Positions 12,418-26,499 of a DNA stretch of 64,000 bases are shown piece by piece. The stretch spans positions 16,554,001 through 16,618,000 of the forward strand of contig OZ287758.1 in assembly GCA_965649765.1 (NCBI GenBank), written 5' to 3'. Under the pieces are notes generated by a model. That model worked only from the letters and a program-made list of their open reading frames with translations, did not search any database and had not been told where the DNA came from. A program made the position numbers and the translations under genes. How positions within the stretch are numbered: the stretch's first letter is position 1; the number at the start of each line of letters is the position of its first letter. The stretch comes from Bispira polyomma (lineage: Eukaryota).

Positions 12418-13892
12418 GTGACTGTTGACTGCTTCGTGTGTTACTATAACACTGTTTCTGCATCAATAATACTGTGAGTTTCATGATGTTTAGTATTCAA
12501 AACTCCCATTAACAGAAATTTCCATAGATTTTACAGTAACTAATAATACTAATTATTTTAGCGTGCCATAAATTCCACTTATATTCTCAACAATCAACAA
12601 CAGAGTTGTGTCAGTAATATAAACGTATTATCATAAATGATATTGATAAAGTGTCATCAGTATGCATTTTCCAATTATGCATTGGTAGCACCATATTAAA
12701 GCTGGGACGAACAAGTGATATATTTTTTTCTCTTTCTGAACAATTCCTTCCTAATTCCCTGTCACAAAGCAAGGACACTATGACTGAGTGACAGGAAGCT
12801 CTTATTTGACAGCTCAGAAAAAGGTCTGTGCAACACTTAATCAGAGAGTTATGAAACATAGTACTCGCTTTTGAAAAGGTACAATGGGAGGTTAATTGAC
12901 AACTGACGATTTAGATTAATCTTGAGATAGTTGAACAAAGTTTTTCCAGTGACGACAGCAATCTTTACAAAGAAATTATCATGTGATATGTAAAAACAAT
13001 AAGCAAGCTAACAGTTTTTTCCAGTTTTCCCAGAAAATTAAAACACACGAAAGCCACTGTATAGCCCTCTAATTATAGTATTTTTTTTTATTTTTAGAAT
13101 TTCTTTTGTTTAGGCCTAACGCCTGTAAATATCAGCCTCTCTGTAACTTACAAGCTTTATTGCACCTACTATAACATCACTGTGTTTTTGTGGTAACTAA
13201 CAAGGCTAAAATATTCCCACGAAAGTTAAAATTTTTTATCCGCACAATGTTTACAAAGAAAATTATGTGTGGATCATGACATTACTGCCAGGAAGCATAC
13301 AAAAAGTATTCTTGACATTTGGATTGCTGATGTTAAGGCGATGAAGAAGTGTAAACTGTGACTTAAGTGGTATTTTACTGCATTTTTAACATTTAATTTA
13401 GGTGGCATTTGCAACAAAACCGAAAAATTGTTCTAAGTTTTTGTTAAACAGCTTTTTGTCTTTATCTATGACCTATACAAAGTCTTAGACTTGATAAAAC
13501 CCTTTTATATACTGTACAGGGTGGACTGGGTATTTCCAACAGGGACACTATACCATCATTAAATGTGATAAGACAGCAAAATAACTACAATGAGGATAAA
13601 GCCATAACTAATGTTTTGCGTGACTTCTTTTAACATACTTTGAGAGCAGTATTATGTATAGTCCTATACTTGTTAAACCACAACTATATTGAGTAAGTAT
13701 AATATTATCAAAGGTCTCCCTGCCATGTTTGTTCGATAACAATTGTAAGATTACATTTATTTGTACACTATGAATTACATTACATCTATATATTTAGCAC
13801 CTATTACTAAGCACTTTAAAATTTTGAAAGTATAAGCAGGCACTAAAAGAATAAGAAAGACATATTAAGAGTTCTGCACGGATTTAAATAGG

Positions 13893-14540
13893 TAGGTTTT
13901 TAATTGTTTTTTAAAGTTTAAAACATTGTTGCAACATCTCAATTTAATTGGCAGAGTGTTTCACAATTGTGTTTCTGCTGAGCCGATAATAGACACATTT
14001 ACAAACTTAAAGAATAATTTTGATAAGGGTCAAATTTTTATCAGTACACACACTAAGATGTTTTGTAACAGGTGCTTGCTTTATAATGTGGTCACCATCG
14101 TATCTCGAACTATTTTTGCTTTTTGTACCCATGATCCAACAAGTAGAAATTCTGGCTTGTCATCATTGAGCTTTCGTTTGTTTTGGAACATCCCCTTCTC
14201 AATCTCAATTTGTCCAAAGACTGCAGCCTGGTCATCAACATTATTGGGATTAACAGTTTATATAGTGGACTGTCATCTACAAACAGATGAACTGAGCTTG
14301 ATAGGATCGAAGGTCCCCCATGGGTCTTGTGTATTGTGACTACAAAGGTGGCCTAATAACCGAACTCTGGGAACACAACACTTTAATCTATAATTGTAAG
14401 ATTTATTTGAGATCTTCTGACAGATATGAGGCGAACTATTTAAAGACATTCCGTGTGATACCAAGGTTTTGGTCTTTGTAGTAATACCCTGTGAGCAACA
14501 GTGTCAAACACTGCTGATAGGTCCGATAGTAATAATTATA
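13893..14540 (-). mobile_element. L2/CR1 LINE reverse-transcriptase fragment
   Basis: Minus-strand remnants DLSAVFDTV, degenerate GVPQ.SV.GP, HLFVDDSPLY (YADD box) and KLNDDKPEFLLVGS. Confidence 0.85.
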
Positions 14541-16152
14541 ATACATAACTTGCAATAGTTAGGTATATGTATACACCTTTATTTGATTTGACCTTTCTAC
14601 TTTCCCTAGCCCAGCTGACAATAGATCAGATGAAGCATCTTTCTATACAGATAGATGCTGTATGTAATAAATGGGACAATATATTTTGATGATATAACAT
14701 ACCCAGGCAGAACTGATGTATTGTTCTCCCACTACTAACTAAGGTTTACCATAAATAGTCCAATGTTAGGGTCTTTGTAATCCAATATGCTTAGTCCTGA
14801 CAATAACTAGATGATATCTTAGGCAGACAAAGGAAAATGTTACTACTTACACCTTTAAAATGGCTTGCTGCTATTAAATGCAAGATTAAATAAAGCAAAG
14901 GGTTGGCATTGTGTTATATTTCTACTGCAGATGGTATATTTTTAGTGTATATATGTAAGCAGGGTATGCATAATCTTGTAGTGTATTAAACAATCTAGTT
15001 GTATTAGTTAATAAGTTCCACTGGATCTCACCGGAAGCGACCAGGTATAAAATAATATATTTGCAAGGCAGAGAACCATGAAAGTAAAAGTAAGCAGCTT
15101 ATTTAATTTATGAAAGATTGATCATAGTGATCAACCATTATTAACCATCATTTAAACATTAAATTGTCAAGTCATAAGTACGTAAAGAACCTAAATATAT
15201 AAACATATTTAGGGTTCAAGGGAAAACTGCAACTATCATTTTCTGTTTAAGCAAAATAGTAATTATTTTGATACTACATTTTACAGGAGACAAAAAAAAA
15301 ATAAAACACCTTTTGAGTGAATATTATCACTGAATAAGTAACCTATACATTTATGGACACTAAGGTGACAAAGCTTTTGATTTGGCCATACACTTTGTTT
15401 TATATCACTTAAAAATGTTAGATCTGCAGTTGTAATTAGGTATTTAGTATGAAAAAAAAAGCGTATCTTTCCTAATGTAAAATGTGGAATATTATTTGAC
15501 TATTTCAATTTAAATATCGCTTTTCTGGGGGAACAGTTAAATAAACTTTGACTATAATCTACATGAACCAAGTCCTGTTTTCTGCAACAACAAACCTAAA
15601 TACCTCCATGATATATAATACTTGAAATGCCATTGTGCTGATAAATAGTTCATCTCTTCACCTGAAGTAAGTTCTCTCATGTTCAGTTATATTTTCCAAA
15701 TGCTATTCTTTTGTAGTTGTTTGTGTTTTTATGAAAAACAGACTACGTATTTCTCAAGATGGTGCCTGGACAAAGAGTGTTGGATCCATTACTTCTGGCA
15801 AATCATTTCAACAGGTCTATATTGTTATGTATATTTTTTTGTCATTAAGGAAACTTACAACATCATTAAATATAAAAAAAGTATCAGTGACAAAACATAA
15901 CAAAACGAGTAAAGCTTTAGTCATACAAGAAGGCCATCATTAGATATTTACGTGAAATCCCAAATTGATATGGATAATTTGTTAAACTCTAATACCAAAC
16001 ATATTCCTTCTTAATTCTAAACATATTCCTTCTTAATTATATTAATATTATGTCATAGATTTGTTTAACAATTTTGCATTTCTTTGTATACTGTGAATTA
16101 GCAATTTGGTAAACAGCTTTGACATTTTATATGTTACTGTAAAGATGTATTT

Positions 16153-17163
16153 TTATTAACCTCGCCCTTTTGGAAAGGTTATTGGTTTTTGTCTGTGTGT
16201 TTCTTTGTGTGTATGTGTGTACAAACCATTATTACACAAAATCTATCAAAAGCATTAAAATTTACAGATTTGTTTCGAAATGGGGACCTCTACATTTGTG
16301 CCAAATTTCATACAAATCGGTTGTGAACTGTGTAGTTTAAGACGAGATTTCCTTTTTTATATACAAAACTACCAAGACCTAAAGATCTGAACTTCCGCGC
16401 CATATATAAGAAACAAAGACAGCGTTCGGCAAACCGAAGCTACACCGACTCCGAGATCGGGGATGTACGGACTTAATTTGCATACACTGACCACCGATCT
16501 CAAAGCTACACTGACTTCGAGATCGGGAATGTATACGAAATATGCTAGTTTGTGACGTCATAATCAGTTTATGACGTTTAATATATAGGCATGACGAGGA
16601 ACGCTGTTCATATCACGCTTGTCCAAATATTTGTAAATTAAACGGCACTTGTGGTTATATTCAACATAATAACCCTAACTTCATATTTTAAAGTAAGGTA
16701 CACCTTACATGCAACAAAATGAGCCGTTTCTGGCTGATATACTCCATATATTAACTCCAATATGACGTCACAAACTAGCACGAATGGAGTATATCAGCCA
16801 AACACGGTCAATTGTATTGTATGTGAGGTGTACTTGACTTTAAAAAATGAAGTTAGGGTTATTATGTTGAATATACACACCATTTGTATTCAATTTTTAC
16901 AAATATTTACTTATCGCCATTTTAGTGTTGTGTTGATTTCAATCTTGGACTAGGAAATCGCCGATATATAGCCCATTTTTTTGTTACGTTCATCTTCTAA
17001 AAATTAAATAAAAATTGTGTGTATATTCAACACAATAACCAAAACTTCATATTTGAAAGTAAAAGTACACCTTACTCCATATATTAACCCCAATCGCCAA
17101 TTTGCGAGTCTGTGATTGAAATTCCGGGCGAGGTTTAGCAGTCTATGACTGCTATATCTTGTT
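16153..17163 (+). mobile_element. Non-autonomous Helentron/DINE-1-like element (HINE)
   Basis: Subterminal inverted repeats ACCTCGCCC (~16159) / GGGCGAGGT (17126), a (GT)-rich microsatellite after the 5' end, 3' hairpin TAGCAGTC-TAT-GACTGCTA and T-rich flanks. Absent from the paralogous A1 site (~6860). Confidence 0.8.
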
Positions 17164-19044
17164 ATAATTAGTTTTTCTTGACCATAACTTTTGCCAATAA
17201 CAGGATATACTGAATGAATAATTAATTTACAGTCAATTTGGCATCTATTGCACTGATCATTCCTTTATTATCCTTATTATATTATCTCCATTATACTACG
17301 AGAATAAAGAACATTAATGTTATTAAAGAGGAAACTTTTTTCCAAATAAATAAAAATACCCTGCCCACCATGTCATTCTTCTAACAATAATCAATGATAC
17401 ACACATCAAGATCAACCTGATCCTCATTTTACTCTTACATAGTTACACTACATCTATTTCATACATTGTAGACATATTGCTCCATTGTGCTATTAACAGT
17501 CACCATCATTTTCTAGGTTATTATAGGAATAACCAATGACAAAGCTTGGTTTACGGTAAATTTTTACCACGATTGGAGGCGTAGTAACACGAAGGCGAAG
17601 GCAAAGGCAACATTAAACACTGTTTATTTGTTTACCTAAAAGTTTTGAGCCTATATAAGTAAAGGTACAGATAGCGCATAACTAACTAACCAAACTGTCT
17701 TTAAACATGTTGTTATAATTTAAAAACACATTTAATCCTGGCCACAAGGTCAAAATGTCGATGATTACTGAATAATTAATCTACAGCCAATTTGACATCT
17801 ATGACATTAGTATAGTATTAAATAAGCACTCACCCGACCTAATTCAAAGTTGGTACCGTATACATTGATGTATTAATGCCACAGTTATATACAATATTAT
17901 AACAATGAATAATGAAAGCCAATAGGCTGCATCAAGTTACAGCGAAACCTTAACAAGAGGATAAGCTTCTTATGCTGAAGAATGTCATTCAGCTGCAGGA
18001 AATATTCTTAGCTAGAGTTCCATTTCTTTAAATTGTTTATCAGCATTACATATGGAAGGCAAAAATTTTGAGAGGCAAACAAATAAACAAAATACTAAAC
18101 TGATAGATTTCCAAAGCCAGAACAAAATACACTCAATACAGCAATTCTTTATCTTAAGTCGTCACTTTGCCCTTTTAAGTGCTGCATTACTGCATCAAAG
18201 CAGTCTTGTCTGGCCAAAAAGCAAAGTGTTGTAGGAATAGAAAACACTTGGCCGGTCTATGTTGTCTCATAATGCCAACTTATTGCGACTTTGGAAGACA
18301 GTCATCAAATAATAACAGTTGCTTTATGCCTTTATGTGTGGGTGACCTAAAGCTAAACAGCACCCAAAATACCATTCCCCTGTCAATTATTTAAAACATA
18401 CTTCATTTGGTTTTTGTAACAAAAATATGCTTCTCAATATAGTTTAATTAAGGTATATTTTTACAGTAGCAAATGCAATGACTTTTCACTAATGTAATAT
18501 CTCTATCTACACCATTTTCTAGCAAGCATGATCTGCAGATGAAAGTCATCTTACTGGTGATATCTTAACATAAAACCAATGGCTTTGATCCTTTGCCAGA
18601 GAAAACAAAGTGTATTCATGCAAGATAGCCATTACAGGTCTAGTTCTGAATAGCAAATAAGGAAATCCTGACTTAAGAAAAAAGTCAGGTAAGTTCTTTA
18701 TAAATTTAACAAATGCCCTAAAAAGCCGAATATTGTTATTAAATATAGTCAGTTTTCAGGTGCTGCATAATTAAAATTTCAAATGTGTCAAAAACATTTA
18801 CTTCATAATAAATAAATGAACCAGCCCATGAGAGTAAAGCCTGTGTAAAACAGAGTTTACTGTAAGGGTTGCATCCTTACATTGTAAAACAGTAAATTCC
18901 ACTTCCAATGGCCTATTTACTTGTACAAGACTTTCCTTGATATCATTTTCTGTCTAACTCTGTATTTTAACTTCTACTAGTATTTGATATCTAAGCTTCA
19001 CCTTATTAGTGTTTCTGTCAATATCACACTATACAATGCACTAT

Positions 19045-21068
19045 GCAAGTTTGACCTGGGTTTGATCCCTGCGTAGGGTGACCAGGTACATATAGATACA
19101 TAGTAGGCCAGATTACCACTTAAAATGGTGGTCCTCTGTTAATGGTGGGCTGACGCCTCGTCGACAGCCCCCTCAGTTCTGGTTACAGGCTACTTGGGGG
19201 CCAATTAGGCCACCTGGAGTCATGAGGACAAGTATAAAAGGCTTTGGCACCCAACCAGCGCCATCATTACTTTTTAAGAATTCATACATAAAAGTGTTTA
19301 ACAAATGGGCTTCTACTACCCGTTTTAATGTTTTAACCTCTTTTACTTTCTTTTAATAATTGATCATGCCACCTAAAATGATGTATGAGTGTAGTGTGTG
19401 TCTGGGCAAGAGACCCGTAGCCAAAAGATGTCGTTTTAATCTGGAGGGCAGCGTCGCCGAGGATGTAGCTCCCGTTGGTCCGATTGCAGTGGTAACTTCT
19501 GATTCCATGTCTGAGCAGATACTGCTCCAACTACAGTCACTGAACAAAAAGATAGGGAATATGGACCAACTGGTGCAGGTTACTGAGGTGCCGCTGTGCC
19601 AACCCAGTGCCACTAAGGCATGTAGTAGCTCTAGTATAAATAACAATGTTGCTTCAAATGTATGTACAAATAATGTGGCTGAACCAGAAACAGTTGTGCC
19701 TTCCCTAGATTTCCTAAGGTTAAACAAAAGTTTGCAGTCCCAAGTAGATCAAAGATTGCTCCAGTTACAACAGTTAAATGACCTGAATGGCGTTCCTCCC
19801 CCCCCCCCCACAAAGAGACCTCTTGGAGTGGGTAATTCATTGTTCCCCTCCAAGGGGCCTCTGACTACGGGTGCCAACAATAAAGACAGGTGTTTTCCTT
19901 TCCAATTAAACCTTAACAATAGATTTGATATGCTGGCCATACCTGACGAGTAGGCATTGAGTGATAGTGTCACAGACTATTGTGAAAAGGTTCTCACAGT
20001 AAAATGGGTTGACACGTTAAGAAAGACAAATAAACAAACTAGCATAAATGACTCTGATGACAAATATGCTTTGGCTATGCTGACAAAAGGCAACCTTTTA
20101 ATGACGCAAAACATTGTGACACTTATAAATTTTGGGATATACAAAACAGTGGCAAATTGGGATTTATCCCACTTGAGTCTTGGGCAAACCCATAACAGAT
20201 AAGTCTAATCGAGTAATGCCAATGGATGTATTTACTTTACATGAGTATCTTAAACTCGATGGACGCCCCAACTACAGAGGTTTACTGGTGCCAGGGGTTT
20301 CTCAACTTAATGCCCCTGTGTGGGAAAGTTATTTGAGGGTTCACTGGGATTGGGAACTTTTTTGTTGATAAAGTACGGGTTTCCTCTCGACTGTTGTAAA
20401 AATCATGAGTTTAAGTCCGAGCTTAAAAACCATAACTCTGCAGAACAGCATCCCACTCACGTGAATCACTGTTAAAAGGAAGAGTGTCTGCTGGGGGCTA
20501 TGTATGGGCCCTTTGAGGAGCCACCAATTTTAAATTTGCATACATCCCCGTTCATGACCCGGGACAAAACAAGTTCGGCTAACCGAGTGAGTGATCATCG
20601 ATCTGAGCCTGCCTGAGGGTCATTCAGTTAATAAGGCTGTTCGCCCCACTTCATACTTGGGCAAAAAGTTTCTGTTAACCTACCCGTCGATTGACATGAT
20701 AACCTCTCAAGTTATTAACATGGGCAATGGTTCTCTAATTTTTTAAAGCCGACATCAGCCGTGAATTCAGACACGTGACTATGGATCCAAAGGATCTGAA
20801 CTTACTGGGGTTGCACTGGGACGGTTACTATGTGGACGGTTCACTGCCCTTCGGGTACAAACAAGACTTGGCTATTTTCCAACGTTTATCAGATGGTTTT
20901 AGATACATAATGCAAATGGAGGACCACCATATTACCAACTAGATAGACAACCTGCTTTGTTGCTCCGTTCCATCAAAAATATACCATACATACCACCGGC
21001 TTCAACCCTTGTTGGCTGAATTAGGGTTGACTTTGAGAGACAAGAAACTAGTTCCCCCAGCAACCCAA
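19045..21068 (+). mobile_element. Second, decayed DIRS/Ngaro-like retrotransposon (5' region, internally deleted gag, partial RT; no RNase H or YR)
   Basis: Gag VVPSLDFLR..LQSQVDQRL. Pol remnants GRPNYRGLLVP, KYGFPL, KNHNSA, HTSPFMTRDK, KADISR.FRH, SLPFGY, degenerate *IDN (YIDD) and KKLVPP, with multiple stops and frameshifts. The left boundary is uncertain. Confidence 0.88.
19201..19270 (+). promoter_or_regulatory. Putative core promoter of the second DIRS element (CCAAT, TATA, Inr)
   Basis: CCAAT at 19201, TATAAAAG at 19233 and a TCATT initiator-like motif ~30 nt downstream, upstream of the gag-like ORF. Confidence 0.45.
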
Positions 21069-21399
21069 AGGAACAAAAGTGTATTATGAACGAAAGTCAT
21101 TCTATAGTATTTGCTTAATGCACAAAGCAACAAGTAAAAATTGAAATACAATGTATTTGATTATTGACAAATAAAATACTAACAATAAGTATTAACAAAA
21201 TACTACCAAATACCAGGTCAAAAGTAATGCCAACGTTTATAGAATATTTTTTGAGGTATATTTACATTCATTTTGATATTGTAACGTTATCTAAAGTTAA
21301 AACACAAAAAAAAAAAGACACCAAACTCGACATTATTACATTTTTCATAAAAAAATTTACATTGACGTTTATTTAACATAGGCTGTGGTTTTTAATCAA

Positions 21400-21645
21400 G
21401 ATTTAAAACCTCTTTAGATGTTAACCTTTGTCTATGCAAGTCATTGCTGTGCAGAAATATAAACAATTTGTTTTTGATATGATAGATTTTTAATGCGCCT
21501 AATTTATGCCAGACATCTTCTTAAGCGCAATATCATTGACACAGTTGTTAAATCATAGTCCGTTTCCAATGCAAATAATTGGCCCTTAATTTATTTTAAC
21601 TCAAACAGTTGCAATATCAAATGGGTAAAATTAAAGCTCTTCCTA
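21400..21645 (-). mobile_element. Possible decayed ISL2EU/Harbinger-like DDE transposase 3' fragment
   Basis: Weak minus-strand remnants KSFNFTHLIL, RRIKNL and QIVY resemble DKGF..., RRIK.F and DQIV.VC motifs. Heavily disrupted. Confidence 0.3.
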
Positions 21646-24600
21646 TGAATAATGGTGCTGTATGTCAAATATGTAACAATGAATTAGACCACATAGTAGT
21701 TTTTCTGATAATAATTTTAACTCTTTATCAGAAATAAGTTCTGTCCCGTATAATGACAATTTCAAAGACTGTTTTGTTGATTACATTTGATTTTTTTGTG
21801 TAATTGTATGTTCAAACCTGTTTTTTTTTGAAAATGAAACAGAGTTAAAGCATTTCTATGGATGGTGCCTGGATGGATATTGTCAGAACCATTATATCCA
21901 GTGTATAACTTCACGAGGTATCTATTGTGACTGTTGACTGCTTTGTGTGTTACCATAACACTGTTTCTACATCAATAATACTTCCATTAGTTTCATGATG
22001 TTTATTATTCAAACGGAAATTTACGTAGATTTTACATCAACTAGTAATACAAATTATTTTAACAGGCCATAAATTACACTTATATTCTTAACAGTCAACA
22101 ACAGAGTTGTGTAAGTAATATAAATGTATTATCAAATATATTGATAAAGTGTCATCATTATGCATTATACCAGTTATGCATTGGTAGCACCATATTAAAG
22201 CTGGGACAAACGAGTGATGGCTCAGCAGAATATTTTTTTTTCTCTTTCTGAACAATTTCTTCCTAATTCCCTGTCACAAAGCAAGGACACTATGACTGAG
22301 TGACAGGAAGCTTTTATTTGACAGCTCAGAATAAGGTCTGTGCAACAATTAATCAGAGAGTCATGAAACATAGTAATTTCTTTTGAAAAGGTACAATGGG
22401 AGGTAAATTGACAACTGATGATTTAGATTAATGTTGAGATAGTTGAAAAAAGTTTTTTGAGTGACGATAGCAATCTTTACAAAGAAATTTTCATACAATA
22501 TGTAAAAACACTAAGCAAGCTAACAGTTTTTCCAGTGTTCCCAGAAAATTAAAATACACGGCAGCCACTTTATAGCCCTCTATAATTCTAGTATTTTTTA
22601 ATTTTTTAGAATTTCTTTTGTAAATGGCTTTATTTAGGCCTAACACCTGTAAATATCAATCTCTCTGTAACTTACAAGCTTCATTGCACCTACTATAACA
22701 TCACTGTGTTTTTGTGGTAACTAACAAGGTTAAAATATTCCCACGAAAAAAACAAGTTAAACTTTTTTATCCGCACAATTTTTACAGAGAAAATTATGGG
22801 TGGATCATGACATTACTGCCAGGAAGCCTACAAACAGTATTCTTGACATTTAGGTTGTTGAAGTTAAGGCGATAAAAAGTGTAAACTATGACTTAAGTTG
22901 TATTTTACTGCATGTTTAACTTTTAAAATTGAGTGTTTGTTAAAAAGCTTGTTGTATTTATCTATTACTTATACAAAGTCTTTTATATGCTGTACAGCGT
23001 GGACTGGGTATTTTCAACCGGGACAAAATACCATCATTAAATGTGATAAGATAGAGCAAAATAACTGCAATGAGGATAAAACCATTACTAGTGTTTTGCA
23101 TGACTTCTTTTAACATACTTTGAAAGCAGTATTATGTACAATCTGAAACTTGTTAAACCACAACTATATTGAGTAAATATAATATTATCAAAGGTCTCCC
23201 TGCCATATGTTTAATCGATAACAATTGTAAGATTGAATTTATTTGTACACTATGAATTACATTACATCTATATATTTAGCACCTATTACAAAGCGCTTTA
23301 AAATTTTGAAAGTATAAGCAGTCACTAAAAGAATAAGAAAGATATATTAAGAGTTCTACACAGATTGAAATAAGTGGGGTTTTAATTGTTTTTAAAAGTT
23401 TAAAACAGTGTTTGCAACATCTCAACTTGATTGGCAGAGTGTTTCACAATTGTCTTTCTGTTGAGCTGATAATATGCACATTTACAAACTTTAAGAATTA
23501 ATTTGATAAGGGTCAAATTTTTATCAGTACACACACTGAGATGTTTTGTAACAGGTGCTTGCTTTATAATGTGGTCACCATCTTATCTTGAACTATTTTT
23601 GCTTTTTGTACCCATGATCTAACAAGTAAAAATTCTGGCTTGTCATCATTGAGCTTTTGTTTGTTTTAGAACATCCTCATGACAGATTCACTAACACAAA
23701 TCTCAATTTGGCCAAAGACTGCAGCCTGGTCATCAACATTATTGGGATTAACAGTTTATATAGTGGACTGTCATCTACAAACAGATGAACTGAGCTTGAT
23801 AGGATCGAAGGTACCCCATGGGTCTTGTGTATTGTGACTACAAAGGTGGCCAAATAACAGAACTCTGGGAACACAACACTTTAATCTATAATTGTAAGAT
23901 TTATTTGAGATCTTTCTGACAGATATGAGGCAAACTATTTAAAGACATTCCCGTGATACCAAGGTTTTTTACCTTTGTAGTAATACCCTGTGACCAACAG
24001 TGTCAAACACTGCTGATAGGTCTGATAGTAATAATAGTACAACTCCCTTATTATCCATGTTAAGTAAAAGGTCATTCAATAGCTTAACCAATGCTGTCTC
24101 TGTGCTGTGATGGGCACTATAAGCAGAATGAAGATGATATTGCAGATGACCATCATGTTGGATACTGGTGAATAATTTCTGTAGTTTAGATCTTAATCAG
24201 GCTTCTTTGATGGTGATTGACCATTGCTTCTTTGAAATTGGGTAGAACTTCACAGTGTATGAGAAAATGATTTATATTTTGAGTGACAACAGGAACCAAT
24301 TTATTTAAGCACTGTTTCAACAGATATGTAGGAATAGGATCTAACTCACTCAACTTGGATGGGCCTTGTTCAGGAGCTTCAATATGTATATGGTGAAATA
24401 AATAATTAATTTAGAATCAATATATCATCTATAACACTAGTATTGTATTAGAGAAGGACTTACCTGACTTTATCCACCATTACTACTATATTCATTGACA
24501 TATGAGTGCCACAGTGAAAGCAATGTATATTATATCCTAACAATGACTAATGTAAATCAACAGAATGCATAAAGTCACAGCAAAAATGAATACTAGGATG

Positions 24601-26050
24601 AACTATTTATGTTACACAGTTTTCAGGAATTGTTTCTATCCCTAGTGATGCATCTTCGAATGTTCCCATTTCATCAGCATCGCAAAGGGGAATCAAAACG
24701 GTTGAGAGGCAGATAACTAAATGCAATCACAACTTGATAGATGTCCAAAGTCAAAACAAATGTGCACTGAGTACAGCAACTGTATTTATCTTAACCCTCT
24801 ATTGCAGTTAAGTAATGCTTTGCCGCCTTAAAACAGTCTTGTCAGGCTAACAATATTTCCAGCATGCATGCTTTCAAAATGAAGTAAGCTACATATTGAA
24901 GACATCTTAACGCATACCCTAGTTGTGATCAATTACCGGAGAACACAATATGTTTCAATGCAAGTTAGCTATTACAGGTTTAGTTCTGAATGAACAGTTC
25001 CTCACAAGAATTCCTGCGACTTAAATAAAAAGTTAAGTCTGATCCTTTAAACTTTAACATATGCAAACATACAGGTTTTATATACATATAACTATTAAAA
25101 CAGTAATCAGTCCTCTTACTTCCTTATTTAGTTTCTAAGAGCTGCACAATTAGAAGTACAATCATAGCTAAAGTATTAAATTTTTTATAATCAATAAATG
25201 GAAGCAAATCCAATACCATTAAGGGTTTATGTAACCCACAAAGCTTCATATTGTAGTTTGCATCCTGACATTGTAACAATAAATTCCACTTTTAATGTCT
25301 TTTTTGCATGTTCTACATTTTTCTTGATATTACTTTCCATCCCACTTTGTGTAATAACTTTTGCCAGTTGTTTTTGTATTTCGAATTGTATGTCTTTGTG
25401 ACTTTTATTATTGTAAGTATCTCTTTGTATACTGAACTTGGTCATTGTAGCGTAGCCGTCACCAACGCGTTTAGGAACAGAGAGGATCTGGGTTCGTTCA
25501 ATCTCAGTCTGTGTACAGTCAGATACACAACTTTTTCTCTTAGTATTTAGAGCATTATTAGGGCTCATCCATTATTCCCACGGAAAGTACTGTCCATTAT
25601 TCCCCAAAACAAAGTAAGCTCAGACTTTATTTCTGGAATAATTAGAGATGAAAATAAATCACATAAATGTTCTTTACTTCGGAGGATTGATGACAAGTTT
25701 GTTAACAACAGTAAATTACTTATACAGAGCAATTCAATTAACCTGAGTTCAGTGTCTAACGTCAGAAGAAAGTTATTCTGTATTTTTTTGCTCAAGGCAC
25801 ACAGAAACATATTAAAAATGATAGACAATGTAGAAAAAAAGTACAAACAATGAAGGATTTGATTAAAACTGGTGTCTGAAGTTAACATAGAAATCAATAC
25901 TATTTTATGTTGGTTATCAACCATGTACATGAAGCCGTTATCGACCGCTCTGTAGGTTCAGTTATAGAACGTCTATCTAAGCTGGCCTGTAAAGGTCATG
26001 TATGCACACCAGGTCTCAACAATGGGCCATTAGTTTTAAATTAACTTTTG
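21646..26050. repeat. Segmental repeat family A, copy A3
   Basis: Same block order as A1/A2. 24390-24550 resembles 7340-7490, 24900-25070 resembles 1610-1770, 25200-25380 resembles 18810-18990, and 25990-26035 resembles 3790-3875. Confidence 0.85.
23375..24375 (-). mobile_element. L2/CR1 LINE RT fragment (same insertion as 13893-14540, longer)
   Basis: ELDPIPTYLLKQCLNKLVP, QSAYSAHHSTETAL, DLSAVFDTV, HLFVDDSPLY, KLNDDKPEFLLV. Confidence 0.88.
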
Positions 26051-26499
26051 GTACATTTAAAAATCACATATCACATAAGAAAAAACACATTTCAACATAA
26101 TGTCATGAACATTACAAGACAAGAAATGGTTTTCCAGTACAAACATTACTTTAATTATAAAGAAGAGCTTCAATAATAAAATAATAACAAATGTAAAAAA
26201 GAGAGCATATGTAACTATTATAAACATTAATAGGCGTAAAAGTACAACATGTATACATGTCTTTCATAATTGTAATCAAATACACAGACTATATCACAGT
26301 CATAATGTGAAGCCATGGAACACAGAGAAAGATTAAATAACATTTGATTTCTGTTTATTCACATGATATCATGAATAACTTGTGACACAACATTACAACT
26401 AACCAATGAATATTTATTAGCATTGTTAATCATATTTATGTTAAGATATATCTTTGATTTAACAGTTAACATGTTGTATGTAGTGTTGTTAAGGTATAA

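Larger units (their letters stand above)
12418..19040. repeat. Segmental repeat family A, copy A2
   Basis: 12418-14540 is closely similar to 21926-24035; 14550-15000 to 26500-27240; 15170-17920 to 5950-7495; 18560-18720 to 1610-1770. Confidence 0.9.

Noticed and set aside
8940-19973. Antisense ORFs overlapping the DIRS and L2 elements (e.g. 8940, 11681, 13926, 19353, 19749)
   Set aside because: Shadow frames of TE coding sequence with no recognisable domains.
1030-24480. C/D-box or H/ACA snoRNA array in other A blocks (ATGATGA-like...CTGA; AGAGAA...ACATTT)
   Set aside because: Boxes and terminal stems are not invariant between copies, and the pocket-to-ACA spacing is non-canonical.
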